Origin: Anaerolineae bacterium
Lineage (GTDB): Bacteria > Chloroflexota > Anaerolineae > Fen-1058
Direction of reading: 5' to 3'
DNA length: 45,716 nt
NCBI GenBank assembly: GCA_035693785.1
Contig: DASSFZ010000153.1
Location: forward strand, 1-45,716
This document shows, piece by piece, positions 25,441 to 33,207 of the stretch (within the stretch, counting starts at the first letter, position 1; each line of letters opens with the position of its first letter). Both the position numbers and the translations under genes were made by a program. The notes beneath the pieces were generated by a model. It worked only from the letters and a program-made list of their open reading frames with translations, was not told where the DNA came from and searched no databases.

Positions 25441-27435
25441 CTAGTTCGAAGAGCTCGATCGCAAATCATCGACTGACAGACCAAGCTCTTTCATCTTGCG
25501 CCACAGCGTTGTCCGCCCTATGCCCAAGATCTGCGCTGCCTGGCTCAAGTTGCCATTCGTGGCGCGTCCGGCGCAGACGATGGCATCCTTCTCGGCTTCG
25601 ACGAGGCTACGGACAGGCTCGGCAAGCGGTTTGCCTGGAATCACGGCCTGGCGCTGCCGGACGGCGCCAGGCAGGTGCTCTACCCCGATGGGCCTGCCAT
25701 CGGCCAGCAGGGCGGCGCGCTCCAGGACGGATTCCAATTCACGACCGTTGCCCGGCCAGGGATAGGCGGCCAAGATGTCGCGTGCGCTCTGCATCAGCAT
25801 CAAGGGGTGCCCAATCTGAGTACTCAGTCGCTCCAGAATCCGATCAATCGCAACCGGGATGTCGCCGGGTCGCTCTCGCAGGGGCGGAATGTGGATCACG
25901 AACGAGCGCAGCCGGAATAGGAGGTCGGCGCGGAATGTTTCCTCGGCCACGCGCGCCTCGAGGTCGACGGTCGAGGCCGCGATGATTCGCACGTCGACCG
26001 GGATCACGCGCGTGCCGCCCAGGCGGATGACGTCGCCCGCCTCGATGACGCGCAGCAGTGCAGCCTGCATGTCCAGCGGCAGCGATTCGATCTCCTCGAG
26101 CAGCAGCGTGCCGTTGTCTGCCAGCTCGAACTTGCTCGGCCGCCCGCCCGAGGCCGTGCCGTAGGCGCCGGCTTCGTAACCCAGGAACTCGCCCAGCGCC
26201 AGTGGGCGGGGAATCGCGCGGCAGTTCATCGCCAGGAACGGGCCATCGGCGCGGCGGCTGCAGTTGTGAATGGCGCGCGCGAGAACGTTCTTGCCGGTCC
26301 CGCTTTCGCCCAGCACCAGGACACACGCTTTCGCGGCAGCGGCTGCCTGCGCCTGGCGCCGGATGCGCTGCATCGCAGTGCTGGCGCCAGGAATGTCGTC
26401 GAGCGTGAGTCGCGCTTGCGCTCCAACCTGCCGGGTGACGAGCTGACGCACCTGGTCCAGCCGGCGCAGCGTCGCGATATATGCCGTCGGCTCTCCTTCC
26501 AGGTCCCGCACCGGGCGCAGGCTGACCAGGCAGTCGCGCTGGGTTCCGCCGACGCTGAAATGGGTCTCGACGTCGCTCAGCTCCTCGCCGCGCGCGACGG
26601 CTTTGGCCAATCCTTCGGGCAGCGTCACATACTCCGCCAGTGGGCGGCCGACGGCTTCGGTCTGTGACAGGCCGAGCATTTGTGTGGCCCGTTGGTTCAT
26701 GTGCATGATCCTGCCGTCCGCGCTCCAGGCGAGCACGCCGTCGGAAATGGCTTCCACCGTGGCGTTCAGCTCGCTGGCGTGCGCGTTGGCCTCGTGAACG
26801 AACATGTCCGCTTGCAACTGGTTCTCGATCGCGCGGGATGCGGCCACGGCGATCCCGAGCAAATGGTAGCTGTATTGCTCGACCTGCGCCATCAGCCCGA
26901 TCGACCCGACCAACCGGCCGTCGACGGCGTAAATGGGCGCTGCGGCGCTGCCGATCTCGTGCAGAGTCCTGAGATAGTGCTCCGGGCCGACCGTTTGCGC
27001 AGGACACCCTTCGATCAGGGCGGAGGCGAATGCATTCGTGCCGATCCGGCTTTCGTCCAGGAAGGCAGCTCGCCGCAGTCCCAGCGCTGCGGCAATCTGC
27101 AGCATGCTCTTGTCCCCCACCATTTCCAGCACGCACGCCGTGCTGTCGACGAGCACCAAGATCACCCCCGTTCCTTCGACGAACTGGTGAACGTCCTCCA
27201 TGATCGGCCGCGCCATGGCCGTGAGCGAGGCATGCTGGCTCAGCGTGAGGCGGAGCACGTCGCTGCTAAGATAGGCCCACTGCGGAAAGGTAGTCGGATT
27301 CAGGCGCGGCGCGCAGCGCTGCCAGGAGGAGCGTACAAGCGGATCGACATCGGGTCCCAGGCGGCCATCCACTGTAAAGCCAATCCACACCCCCTTCAGT
27401 CGAGCCAAATCGATGTGAGCGTTCGACGATTGCAT
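25441..27435 (-). CDS. dhaR: DhaR-like AAA+ enhancer-binding-type regulator (GAF/PAS sensor, AAA+, Fis-type HTH)
   Basis: Walker A GESGTGKN. Central-domain motifs RVIEAGDV.RLGG, R.DL.FRL and PPLRER. C-terminal HTH NLSQAAQILGIGRTTLWRKMKELG. The GAFTGA position reads GAYGTA (26152..26169). The gene is adjacent to the dha genes. Confidence 0.75.
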   Translation of the reverse strand: MQSSNAHIDLARLKGVWIGFTVDGRLGPDVDPLVRSSWQRCAPRLNPTTFPQWAYLSSDVLRLTLSQHASLTAMARPIMEDVHQFVEGTGVILVLVDSTACVLEMVGDKSMLQIAAALGLRRAAFLDESRIGTNAFASALIEGCPAQTVGPEHYLRTLHEIGSAAAPIYAVDGRLVGSIGLMAQVEQYSYHLLGIAVAASRAIENQLQADMFVHEANAHASELNATVEAISDGVLAWSADGRIMHMNQRATQMLGLSQTEAVGRPLAEYVTLPEGLAKAVARGEELSDVETHFSVGGTQRDCLVSLRPVRDLEGEPTAYIATLRRLDQVRQLVTRQVGAQARLTLDDIPGASTAMQRIRRQAQAAAAAKACVLVLGESGTGKNVLARAIHNCSRRADGPFLAMNCRAIPRPLALGEFLGYEAGAYGTASGGRPSKFELADNGTLLLEEIESLPLDMQAALLRVIEAGDVIRLGGTRVIPVDVRIIAASTVDLEARVAEETFRADLLFRLRSFVIHIPPLRERPGDIPVAIDRILERLSTQIGHPLMLMQSARDILAAYPWPGNGRELESVLERAALLADGRPIGVEHLPGAVRQRQAVIPGKPLAEPVRSLVEAEKDAIVCAGRATNGNLSQAAQILGIGRTTLWRKMKELGLSVDDLRSSSSN

Positions 27436-27454
27436 GGGTGTCGTCTCCGATTCT

Positions 27455-27507
27455 CGTAGGGGCGACTCTGGCGGTCGCCCTGCACAGGCGCGAGGCCTGC
27501 CCCTACG
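27455..27507. repeat. GTAGGG-headed compound hairpin repeat (copy 4)
   Basis: Outer stem cgtagggg...cccctacg encloses two inner hairpins, gggcgac-tctggcg-gtcgccc and caggc-gcgag-gcctg. It lies in the dhaR / cyclase divergent intergenic region. Confidence 0.55.
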
Positions 27508-27609
27508 TTAGTTCGAGATACTTCGCTTGGCTCAGCATGACTATCGAAATTCGATAGGCGGCTTGTATAGAATAGTCGCATCGGCGGCGAAAGTCAAACC
27601 TGAGACAGC

Positions 27610-27638
27610 TTGGCCTGGCGGTGACATCGGGATATAAT
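27610..27638 (+). promoter_or_regulatory. Candidate sigma70 promoter for the response-regulator cyclase gene
   Basis: TTGGCC (27610..27615), 17 nt, TATAAT (27633..27638), about 80 nt upstream of the ATG at 27721. Confidence 0.5.
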
Positions 27639-27720
27639 GCACCTGTCGCCACGCGCGAAGTCGTGCTGCACTGGTCATGTGCAGGTGGGGGCGCAACCCT
27701 TTCCAGCGAGAGTGGATTCG

Positions 27721-28779
27721 ATGATCGAGCCTCAAAAGCCATCCGTGCCAAAATTGTTGATCGCCGACGACCTGATCGACATTCGCCGCTTGCTGCGCGC
27801 CTGGGCGGAAGTCGAAGGATACCAGCCGCTTGAGGCGGGCAACGGCATGCAGGCGGTGGAGCTGGCGCTGAGCGAGAAGCCCGAAGTCATCATCATGGAC
27901 ATCATGATGCCGGGGAAAGACGGACTGACGGCCATCAAGGAGATCCGCGAGGTCGACCCCACGGTCGGTATCGTCGTGCTGACTGCCTACGGCACGGAGC
28001 AGCGCGCGGTGCAGGCCATGCGCGTCGGCGCGGACGACTATATGCACAAACCCTTCGACGCGTCGGAGCTGCGCGTGAAGCTGGCGTCGGTGCTGCAAAA
28101 GCAGAAACTCCGCATCGAGAACGCGCAGCTTCAGACACGCCTGAAGAGCATACTCGACCACTACCTGCCCAGGTCGGTCGTCGAGTACATGATCGGTTCG
28201 CCGGACCTGCCGCACCTGGGCGGCGAACGGCAGACTATCTCGATCCTGTTCGCCGACATCCGGGGCTTCAGCATCTACGCCGAGCAAACGGACCCCGAAG
28301 TGCTGATCGCCACCGTCAATCGCTACCTGGGCGTGGCGACCGACGCCGTCCTGGCGCAGGGTGGCACGCTCGACAAGTATCTCGGCGACGGGTTGCTGGC
28401 GATGTTCAACTCGCCGGTCAAGTACGAGGATCACGCCTGGCGCGCCGCGCGTGCGGCATATGCCTTGGACCGGAACGTCGACGCGCTCAACACCGGCCCG
28501 GACGGGCAGGGACTTCGCTTCGGCGTCGGCGTCCATACGGGCGAGGCGATCGTGGGCAACATCGGCACGCCGGAGTTGATGAGCTTCACGGCAGTCGGCG
28601 AAAGCGTCAATCTCGCCAAGCAAATTGAGGACGTGACCGGCCCCGGCCAGGTGACGCTCAGCCGCGCGACAGTGGACGCCATCGGCGCGCACCGTCTGGA
28701 GTTGAAGAAACGCGCGCCCATGACCGTGAGAGGTCGCACTGAGCCTGCCGAGGTGTACGAGTTACTGGGCTTCAAGTGA
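27721..28779 (+). CDS. Response regulator receiver fused to a class III adenylate/guanylate cyclase domain
   Basis: REC domain: LLIADD....R.L, EVIIMDIMMPGKDGL, VVLTAYG. Cyclase domain: ISILFADIRGFS, LDKYLGDGLLAMF, GVHTGEAIVGNIG, FTAVGESVNLA. Confidence 0.85.
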   Translation: MIEPQKPSVPKLLIADDLIDIRRLLRAWAEVEGYQPLEAGNGMQAVELALSEKPEVIIMDIMMPGKDGLTAIKEIREVDPTVGIVVLTAYGTEQRAVQAMRVGADDYMHKPFDASELRVKLASVLQKQKLRIENAQLQTRLKSILDHYLPRSVVEYMIGSPDLPHLGGERQTISILFADIRGFSIYAEQTDPEVLIATVNRYLGVATDAVLAQGGTLDKYLGDGLLAMFNSPVKYEDHAWRAARAAYALDRNVDALNTGPDGQGLRFGVGVHTGEAIVGNIGTPELMSFTAVGESVNLAKQIEDVTGPGQVTLSRATVDAIGAHRLELKKRAPMTVRGRTEPAEVYELLGFK

Positions 28780-28781
28780 AG

Positions 28782-29798
28782 TTAGAAGTGTCCCCGAGCG
28801 GCGGCGATGATGTCGGCCAGCACGCCGAAGGCTGTCTGCGTAGGAGTAGGCGCGGTTTCGAGAAGGGTGAGCTGATTGAGTGTGTCTGTCCGGATGCTGA
28901 GCGTGCTCGTAGTGCCGTGCAAGCGGTAGGCGATGTCATCCGGGCCAACTTCCTCTGGCGCGACCTGGGTGACGAGTCGGCCCTCGCGCCGTTCGGCGGA
29001 ACACATCAAACGAATCTTGCGCCCCCGGCTGTGCGCATCGCGGATCCTCTCGATCGTCACGTTGCGGATGCCGGCGCGCTCCACCTGCTGCGGGCGGACG
29101 TCGGCGTTCATCATCACGTTGCATAGGACGGATACTTTCACGGCCGAATCCCACCCGTCAATGTCATTGCTTGGGTCCGTCTCGGCAATGCCGATGTCCT
29201 GAGCGTGGCGCACGGCATCCTCGAATGACATTCCCTCTTCCATTTTCGTCAAGATCAGGTTCGTCGTGCTGTTGAGCACACCTCGGAACCCCAGCACGTT
29301 CGTCGCGGGAAGACACTCGCGGTACAAGTTGAATATCGGGAAGCCGTCCATCACCGTTGCTTCGAATAGGAATGCGCGCCGCTTGCGCGCGGCCAGGTCG
29401 CGCAGGCGACGATAGGCGTGCGCGAGCGGTCCCTTGTTCGCAGAGATGGCGTGCTGGCCGGCGCTCAACGCCGCCTCAATGTGGTCGATCGCCGGGCGGC
29501 CCGTGTCGCGGTCGATCGGCGTCATCTCAATGGTCGCTTGGGCGCCGCATTCCCGGATGAGCTTAAGCGCGTCGGACACAATAGGTGATGCGCTCAGGAG
29601 TCGATCCCAATCGTCGAGCGCCGCGCGGGCGTCGATTCCGTCTCGGTTCATGACGATGCCGTGCCGGCCGGTGGCAATGCCGACGATGCGCAGCTCGAGG
29701 TCATAGCGCGCTTTCAGCTCTTCGCGTTTGCGCTCGATGAGCTTGACCAGCTCGCGGCCGACGTTGCCGAAGCCGAGCAAACACAAGTCGAATTGCAT
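28782..29798 (-). CDS. hom: Homoserine dehydrogenase
   Basis: NAD-binding motif LLGFGNVGRELVKL and catalytic-region signature A...GIAETDPSNDIDGWDSAVKVSVL. The ATG at 29798 follows GAGGAG. Confidence 0.85.
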   Translation of the reverse strand: MQFDLCLLGFGNVGRELVKLIERKREELKARYDLELRIVGIATGRHGIVMNRDGIDARAALDDWDRLLSASPIVSDALKLIRECGAQATIEMTPIDRDTGRPAIDHIEAALSAGQHAISANKGPLAHAYRRLRDLAARKRRAFLFEATVMDGFPIFNLYRECLPATNVLGFRGVLNSTTNLILTKMEEGMSFEDAVRHAQDIGIAETDPSNDIDGWDSAVKVSVLCNVMMNADVRPQQVERAGIRNVTIERIRDAHSRGRKIRLMCSAERREGRLVTQVAPEEVGPDDIAYRLHGTTSTLSIRTDTLNQLTLLETAPTPTQTAFGVLADIIAAARGHF

Positions 29799-29877
29799 GT
29801 TCCCTACTCCTCTTCGCGTAGTCACATTGGTTATCTAAACACTATCATTACGACCTATTGCTTCAAGAGCAAAGACA

Positions 29878-31059
29878 CTACGCGAAATTATCGCCCTCGT
29901 GACGGAGCACCTCTATGGCAAGCGCAGCATAGGCTTCCGTCCCGTGCAAAAGTTCCTCCACCTCGATATACTCATCTATCGTATGCGCCACTGCCGGCGT
30001 CGACGGGCCGAAAATCAGCGTCGGAATGCCCATCTCGCACGCGCTCGCCGATCCATTTGCGCAGTACCGCGAGGCAAAGTAGCCGATCGGCAGGCCGGCC
30101 CGCGAGAGCGCGGCCTCAGCACACTTTACCAGGCCGCTGTCACGTGGCGTCACCCAGGCAGGATGGAAATCCTCCATCTCAAGCACCTCGCCGGTATAGC
30201 AGGGGAGGGTGACGCGCAGATAGCGCACCTCGACGTTTTCGATGCCGCGCAGCGCGTCGCGAAACGTCGACAACACGCTCTCGCGCGTCTCGCCGCGCAC
30301 CAATCGCCGATCGATACGGATGCGGCAACCGTCCGGCACGATCGATGTGCCAGGGTAGGGGGACGAGACGATCTCGACCAGCTCCGAGATACCCGGCGTC
30401 AGGACAGGATCGGTCGGCACAGGCATGGCGCGCACGCGCTCGACAACCTCCATCATCCTGTACACGGCGTTGATGCCTTCCTCCGGGCGGGACGAGTGCG
30501 CCGGCACGCCGCGCGTCTCGATCTGGATGCCGGCGCGGCCTTTTTGCGCGATGCCAATCTTGAGTTCTGACGATTCGCCGATGATCACCACGTCGGCCGG
30601 ATTCTCACGCAATATCGCGGCTAACGCAGGTCCCTCCAGCGTCTCCTCGCCGACGCTTGCCGAGACTGCGATCGTGCCATCGAACTGCTCACGTGGCACA
30701 AGCGCTCCAGCGCAGATCATCGCCGCGAGCGGGCCTTTCATGTCCGACGATCCGCGCCCCCAAATCCTGCCGTCCGATAGCTCGCTACCGAACGGATCGC
30801 GACGCCACTTCTCGGGGCTCGTCACTGGGACGACGTCGGTGTGACCGTCGAAGTGAATGGTGCTGCCGGCGCCGGCGCCCTGCCTGCGCCCGACGACGCT
30901 GCCGTAAGGGTCGACCCACACTTCGTGGTAGCCCAGCTCTTTCATCCAGCGCTCGCAGATGACGGCGGCATCGCGTTCCTGACCGGGCAGGCTCTTTGCG
31001 CGCACGAGCTCGCGCGTCAGCGCGATGACCTGATCCTTCTGGCTGTCTGTCAGTCGCAT
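29878..31059 (-). CDS. M20 family metallohydrolase (ArgE/DapE/YgeY-like)
   Basis: LV...S..G.E......., HFDGHTDVVP, W...PF and GRGSSDMKGPLAAM. The start was set by frame arithmetic at the Met of MRLTDSQKD, preceded by GGAGAG. The 89 codons upstream in the ORF overlap the dinB 3' end and look non-coding. Confidence 0.75.
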   Translation of the reverse strand: MRLTDSQKDQVIALTRELVRAKSLPGQERDAAVICERWMKELGYHEVWVDPYGSVVGRRQGAGAGSTIHFDGHTDVVPVTSPEKWRRDPFGSELSDGRIWGRGSSDMKGPLAAMICAGALVPREQFDGTIAVSASVGEETLEGPALAAILRENPADVVIIGESSELKIGIAQKGRAGIQIETRGVPAHSSRPEEGINAVYRMMEVVERVRAMPVPTDPVLTPGISELVEIVSSPYPGTSIVPDGCRIRIDRRLVRGETRESVLSTFRDALRGIENVEVRYLRVTLPCYTGEVLEMEDFHPAWVTPRDSGLVKCAEAALSRAGLPIGYFASRYCANGSASACEMGIPTLIFGPSTPAVAHTIDEYIEVEELLHGTEAYAALAIEVLRHEGDNFA

Positions 31060-31085
31060 TTTTCTCTCCGCATCATTCGACAATG

Positions 31086-32297
31086 TCACATTTTGGAGTT
31101 TGAAGTCTTGCGTTTCCCTTTGCTCGTCTTTACGAGAGACGCCCGCTTGAGCGCATCGTCGCCGTGCCTGGCCCTGATGGCATCCATGGCTTGGGTCAGC
31201 CGCTCGCGCCGATCTTCGGCCGGCTCGAACAGGCTCAACTGGCGCGCCGATGTTCCCAGGTTCCGCGCGGCGACGCCCAGCAGTCGCACCGGCCGGCGCG
31301 TCCACGTCTTCGTAAAGAGCGACCACGCCGTTGCGTAGATCGTCTCGTTGAGATGCGTCGGGGCGGGCAGGGTCGTCTGCCGGGTCAGCGTCGTGAAATC
31401 GGCATAGCGCAGCTTGATTGCGACGGTTCGCGCGTCCACAGCCTCTGCACGCAGGCGCGCGCCCACGCCCTCGCTCAGCTCGAGCAGGACCCGGCGCAGC
31501 CGCTCCTTATCCGACACGTCTCGGGTGAAGGTGATTTCCTGGCTGATCTGCTTGCTCTCGCGCTCGACGGCGACCGGGGAATCGCTAATACCCTGCGCGC
31601 GGCGACTCATGTCGTCCGCGTGGTTCGCGCCGAATCGGCGCGCGAGCCTCTCGCGCGGTGCACCGGCGAGCTGGCCGATCGTCTCGATGCCCATCGCGCG
31701 GAGCGCGGCAGCGCTTTTGGGACCGACTCCGATCAATCGCTCGACGGGCATGGGCGCGAGAAAGGCCGCTTCTTCGCCCGGAGGCACGACGCACAGGCCA
31801 TCCGGTTTGGCGCGCTCGGTCGCCGTCTTGGCGACGAGCTTGTTCGCCGCCACGCCGATCGAGCAAGGGAGATTGAACTGCTCGCGTATGCGCGCTCTCA
31901 GCGTTTGCGCGATCTGTTCCGGCGACCCCCACAGCAGTTCGGCGCCGGTCACGTCGAGGTACGCTTCGTCGATCGACACCGGCTCGACCTGAGGCGTGAC
32001 TTCGTAGAACAGCGCCATGACCTTGCGCGACCACTCGTCATACACGCGATGGCGCGCGGGCAGGATGATCAGGTCGGGACACTTCTGCAGCGCAGTCCGC
32101 ATCGGCATGGCGGAGCGCACGCCGAACGCGCGGGCTTCGTACGAAGCGCTCGACACGACGCCGCGCTCTTCAGGGCGCCCACCGACCGCCACCGGCTTGC
32201 CGCGAAGATCGGGCCGATCCAGCAGCTCGACGGAAACGAAAAAGGCGTCCAGGTCGATGTGGAGGATCGAGCGCTGGGGTAGGGGGGACTGTTCCAC
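31086..32297 (-). CDS. dinB: DNA polymerase IV (Y-family)
   Basis: ILHIDLDAFFVSVE....P.LRGKPV.VGG, SIDEAYLDVT and VA.NKL.AK.A. Confidence 0.92.
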   Translation of the reverse strand: MEQSPLPQRSILHIDLDAFFVSVELLDRPDLRGKPVAVGGRPEERGVVSSASYEARAFGVRSAMPMRTALQKCPDLIILPARHRVYDEWSRKVMALFYEVTPQVEPVSIDEAYLDVTGAELLWGSPEQIAQTLRARIREQFNLPCSIGVAANKLVAKTATERAKPDGLCVVPPGEEAAFLAPMPVERLIGVGPKSAAALRAMGIETIGQLAGAPRERLARRFGANHADDMSRRAQGISDSPVAVERESKQISQEITFTRDVSDKERLRRVLLELSEGVGARLRAEAVDARTVAIKLRYADFTTLTRQTTLPAPTHLNETIYATAWSLFTKTWTRRPVRLLGVAARNLGTSARQLSLFEPAEDRRERLTQAMDAIRARHGDDALKRASLVKTSKGKRKTSNSKM

Positions 32298-32314
32298 TTG
32301 TGACGCCGTGGATC

Positions 32315-32348
32315 AGACCCGTGAGGTCTCCCAAGACCTCACGGGTCT
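32315..32348. repeat. AGAC...GTCT hairpin, variant AGACCCGTGAGGTCT / AGACCTCACGGGTCT
   Basis: agacccgtgaggtct-ccca-agacctcacgggtct gives a 15-bp perfect stem between the start of dinB (32297) and the stop of the hypothetical gene at 32354. Confidence 0.7.
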
Positions 32349-32353
32349 CGTGA

Positions 32354-32785
32354 TCAGCGCCGGCCGTTCTTGCCGGAGATGAGCTTCTGGTGAGCGCCTT
32401 GCCAGAGCGAGGCGGGCTTCGTCATCTGGTTCACCTTAACGTCCGAGAAGCGCACCGATAAGCCGGCCAGCTCGGTCGGGAGCAGTGACCACTCCTCGCT
32501 CAAAACCAGGTCTTCGATGCGATCTGCCGTGGGGGCCAGCCACGCCCACTCGCGGCGAAACTGATCGGCCTTCAGGAAATAGTCTCGCTTCTCCCACGCT
32601 GCGCACGACTTCTCGTTCAGGTCGTCGATCAGCCGCAGCGCGATGGCGATGAACGCGACCATGTCTTTCGTCTCCGCGTCGATCGTCTTCTTCGCGCTCA
32701 GGCGGCGCAGAATCTCGGCGATGATGCGCCGCAGGCGGTTGCGCTGCGATGCAGGCGTTCCGTCGACGTGAGTGATTCGGCTCAT
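32354..32785 (-). CDS. Hypothetical protein, predicted mostly helical, no family recognised
   Basis: ORF 32354..32830. Its composition differs from the R/A/G-rich shadow ORFs (K/E/D/W-containing: AAWEKRDYFLKADQFRREWAWL). The start is uncertain (ATG 32785 or 32830). Confidence 0.5.
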   Translation of the reverse strand: MSRITHVDGTPASQRNRLRRIIAEILRRLSAKKTIDAETKDMVAFIAIALRLIDDLNEKSCAAWEKRDYFLKADQFRREWAWLAPTADRIEDLVLSEEWSLLPTELAGLSVRFSDVKVNQMTKPASLWQGAHQKLISGKNGRR

Positions 32786-32893
32786 ATGAAATCCTGTATC
32801 CTTAATGAGGTGCTCGTGAAACATAACCATGATAGCACGGAAGTTCTAACCAGACAAATTCGTTGAGGCGATCGGGCACAAGGCGCGCTCTCT

Positions 32894-32922
32894 TTGACAT
32901 TATAGCCCATTTGTTCTATAAT
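32894..32922 (+). promoter_or_regulatory. Consensus sigma70 promoter
   Basis: TTGACA (32894..32899), 17 nt, TATAAT (32917..32922), about 34 nt upstream of the small ORF at 32956. Confidence 0.65.
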
Positions 32923-32955
32923 GTTTCCATCTGTAATGTCCTTTTGAGGTGATAC

Positions 32956-33135
32956 ATGGCAAAGCGCATACCATTGTCCCAAGGATATCGTAGGAAGAAA
33001 CGGAATGAGGGACTCTTCGCCATTGTCGATGATGAGGACTATGATTGGCTTAACCAGTGGCGCTGGTGTGCGATTCATACGGGGCGCAGAAGCGGCGGGT
33101 ATGCGATGAGGATGGCGCGAAACGTCGAGCCGTGA
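32956..33135 (+). CDS. 59-aa ORF resembling the N-terminus of phage HNH/AP2-type endonucleases (not in the ORF track)
   Basis: ATG preceded by GAGGTGA. Translation: MAKRIPLSQGYRRKKRNEGLFAIVDDEDYDWLNQWRWCAIHTGRRSGGYAMRMARNVEP. The IPL(S/T)QG...A(I/L)VDDEDY.WL.Q.(K/R)W.A.....YA.R pattern is typical of that family. The HNH part is absent. Confidence 0.55.
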   Translation: MAKRIPLSQGYRRKKRNEGLFAIVDDEDYDWLNQWRWCAIHTGRRSGGYAMRMARNVEP

Positions 33136-33168
33136 ATATGTTTTTCTGGCGCAATACTTTTGAACAGG

Positions 33169-33197
33169 TTGCACGTTACGTTAGATACTGATATAAT
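33169..33197 (+). promoter_or_regulatory. Candidate promoter for the recombinase gene
   Basis: TTGCAC (33169..33174), 17 nt, TATAAT (33192..33197). The ATG at 33208 would lie about 4 nt from the predicted transcription start, so the mRNA would be leaderless or nearly so. Confidence 0.5.
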
Positions 33198-33207
33198 TGC
33201 TGTAGAC

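Noticed and set aside
25844-28692. ORFs 25844..27136(-), 27541..28692(-) and 26680..27459(+).
   Set aside because: They are off-frame or antisense to the DhaR-like regulator and the response-regulator cyclase, both of which have clear domain motifs.
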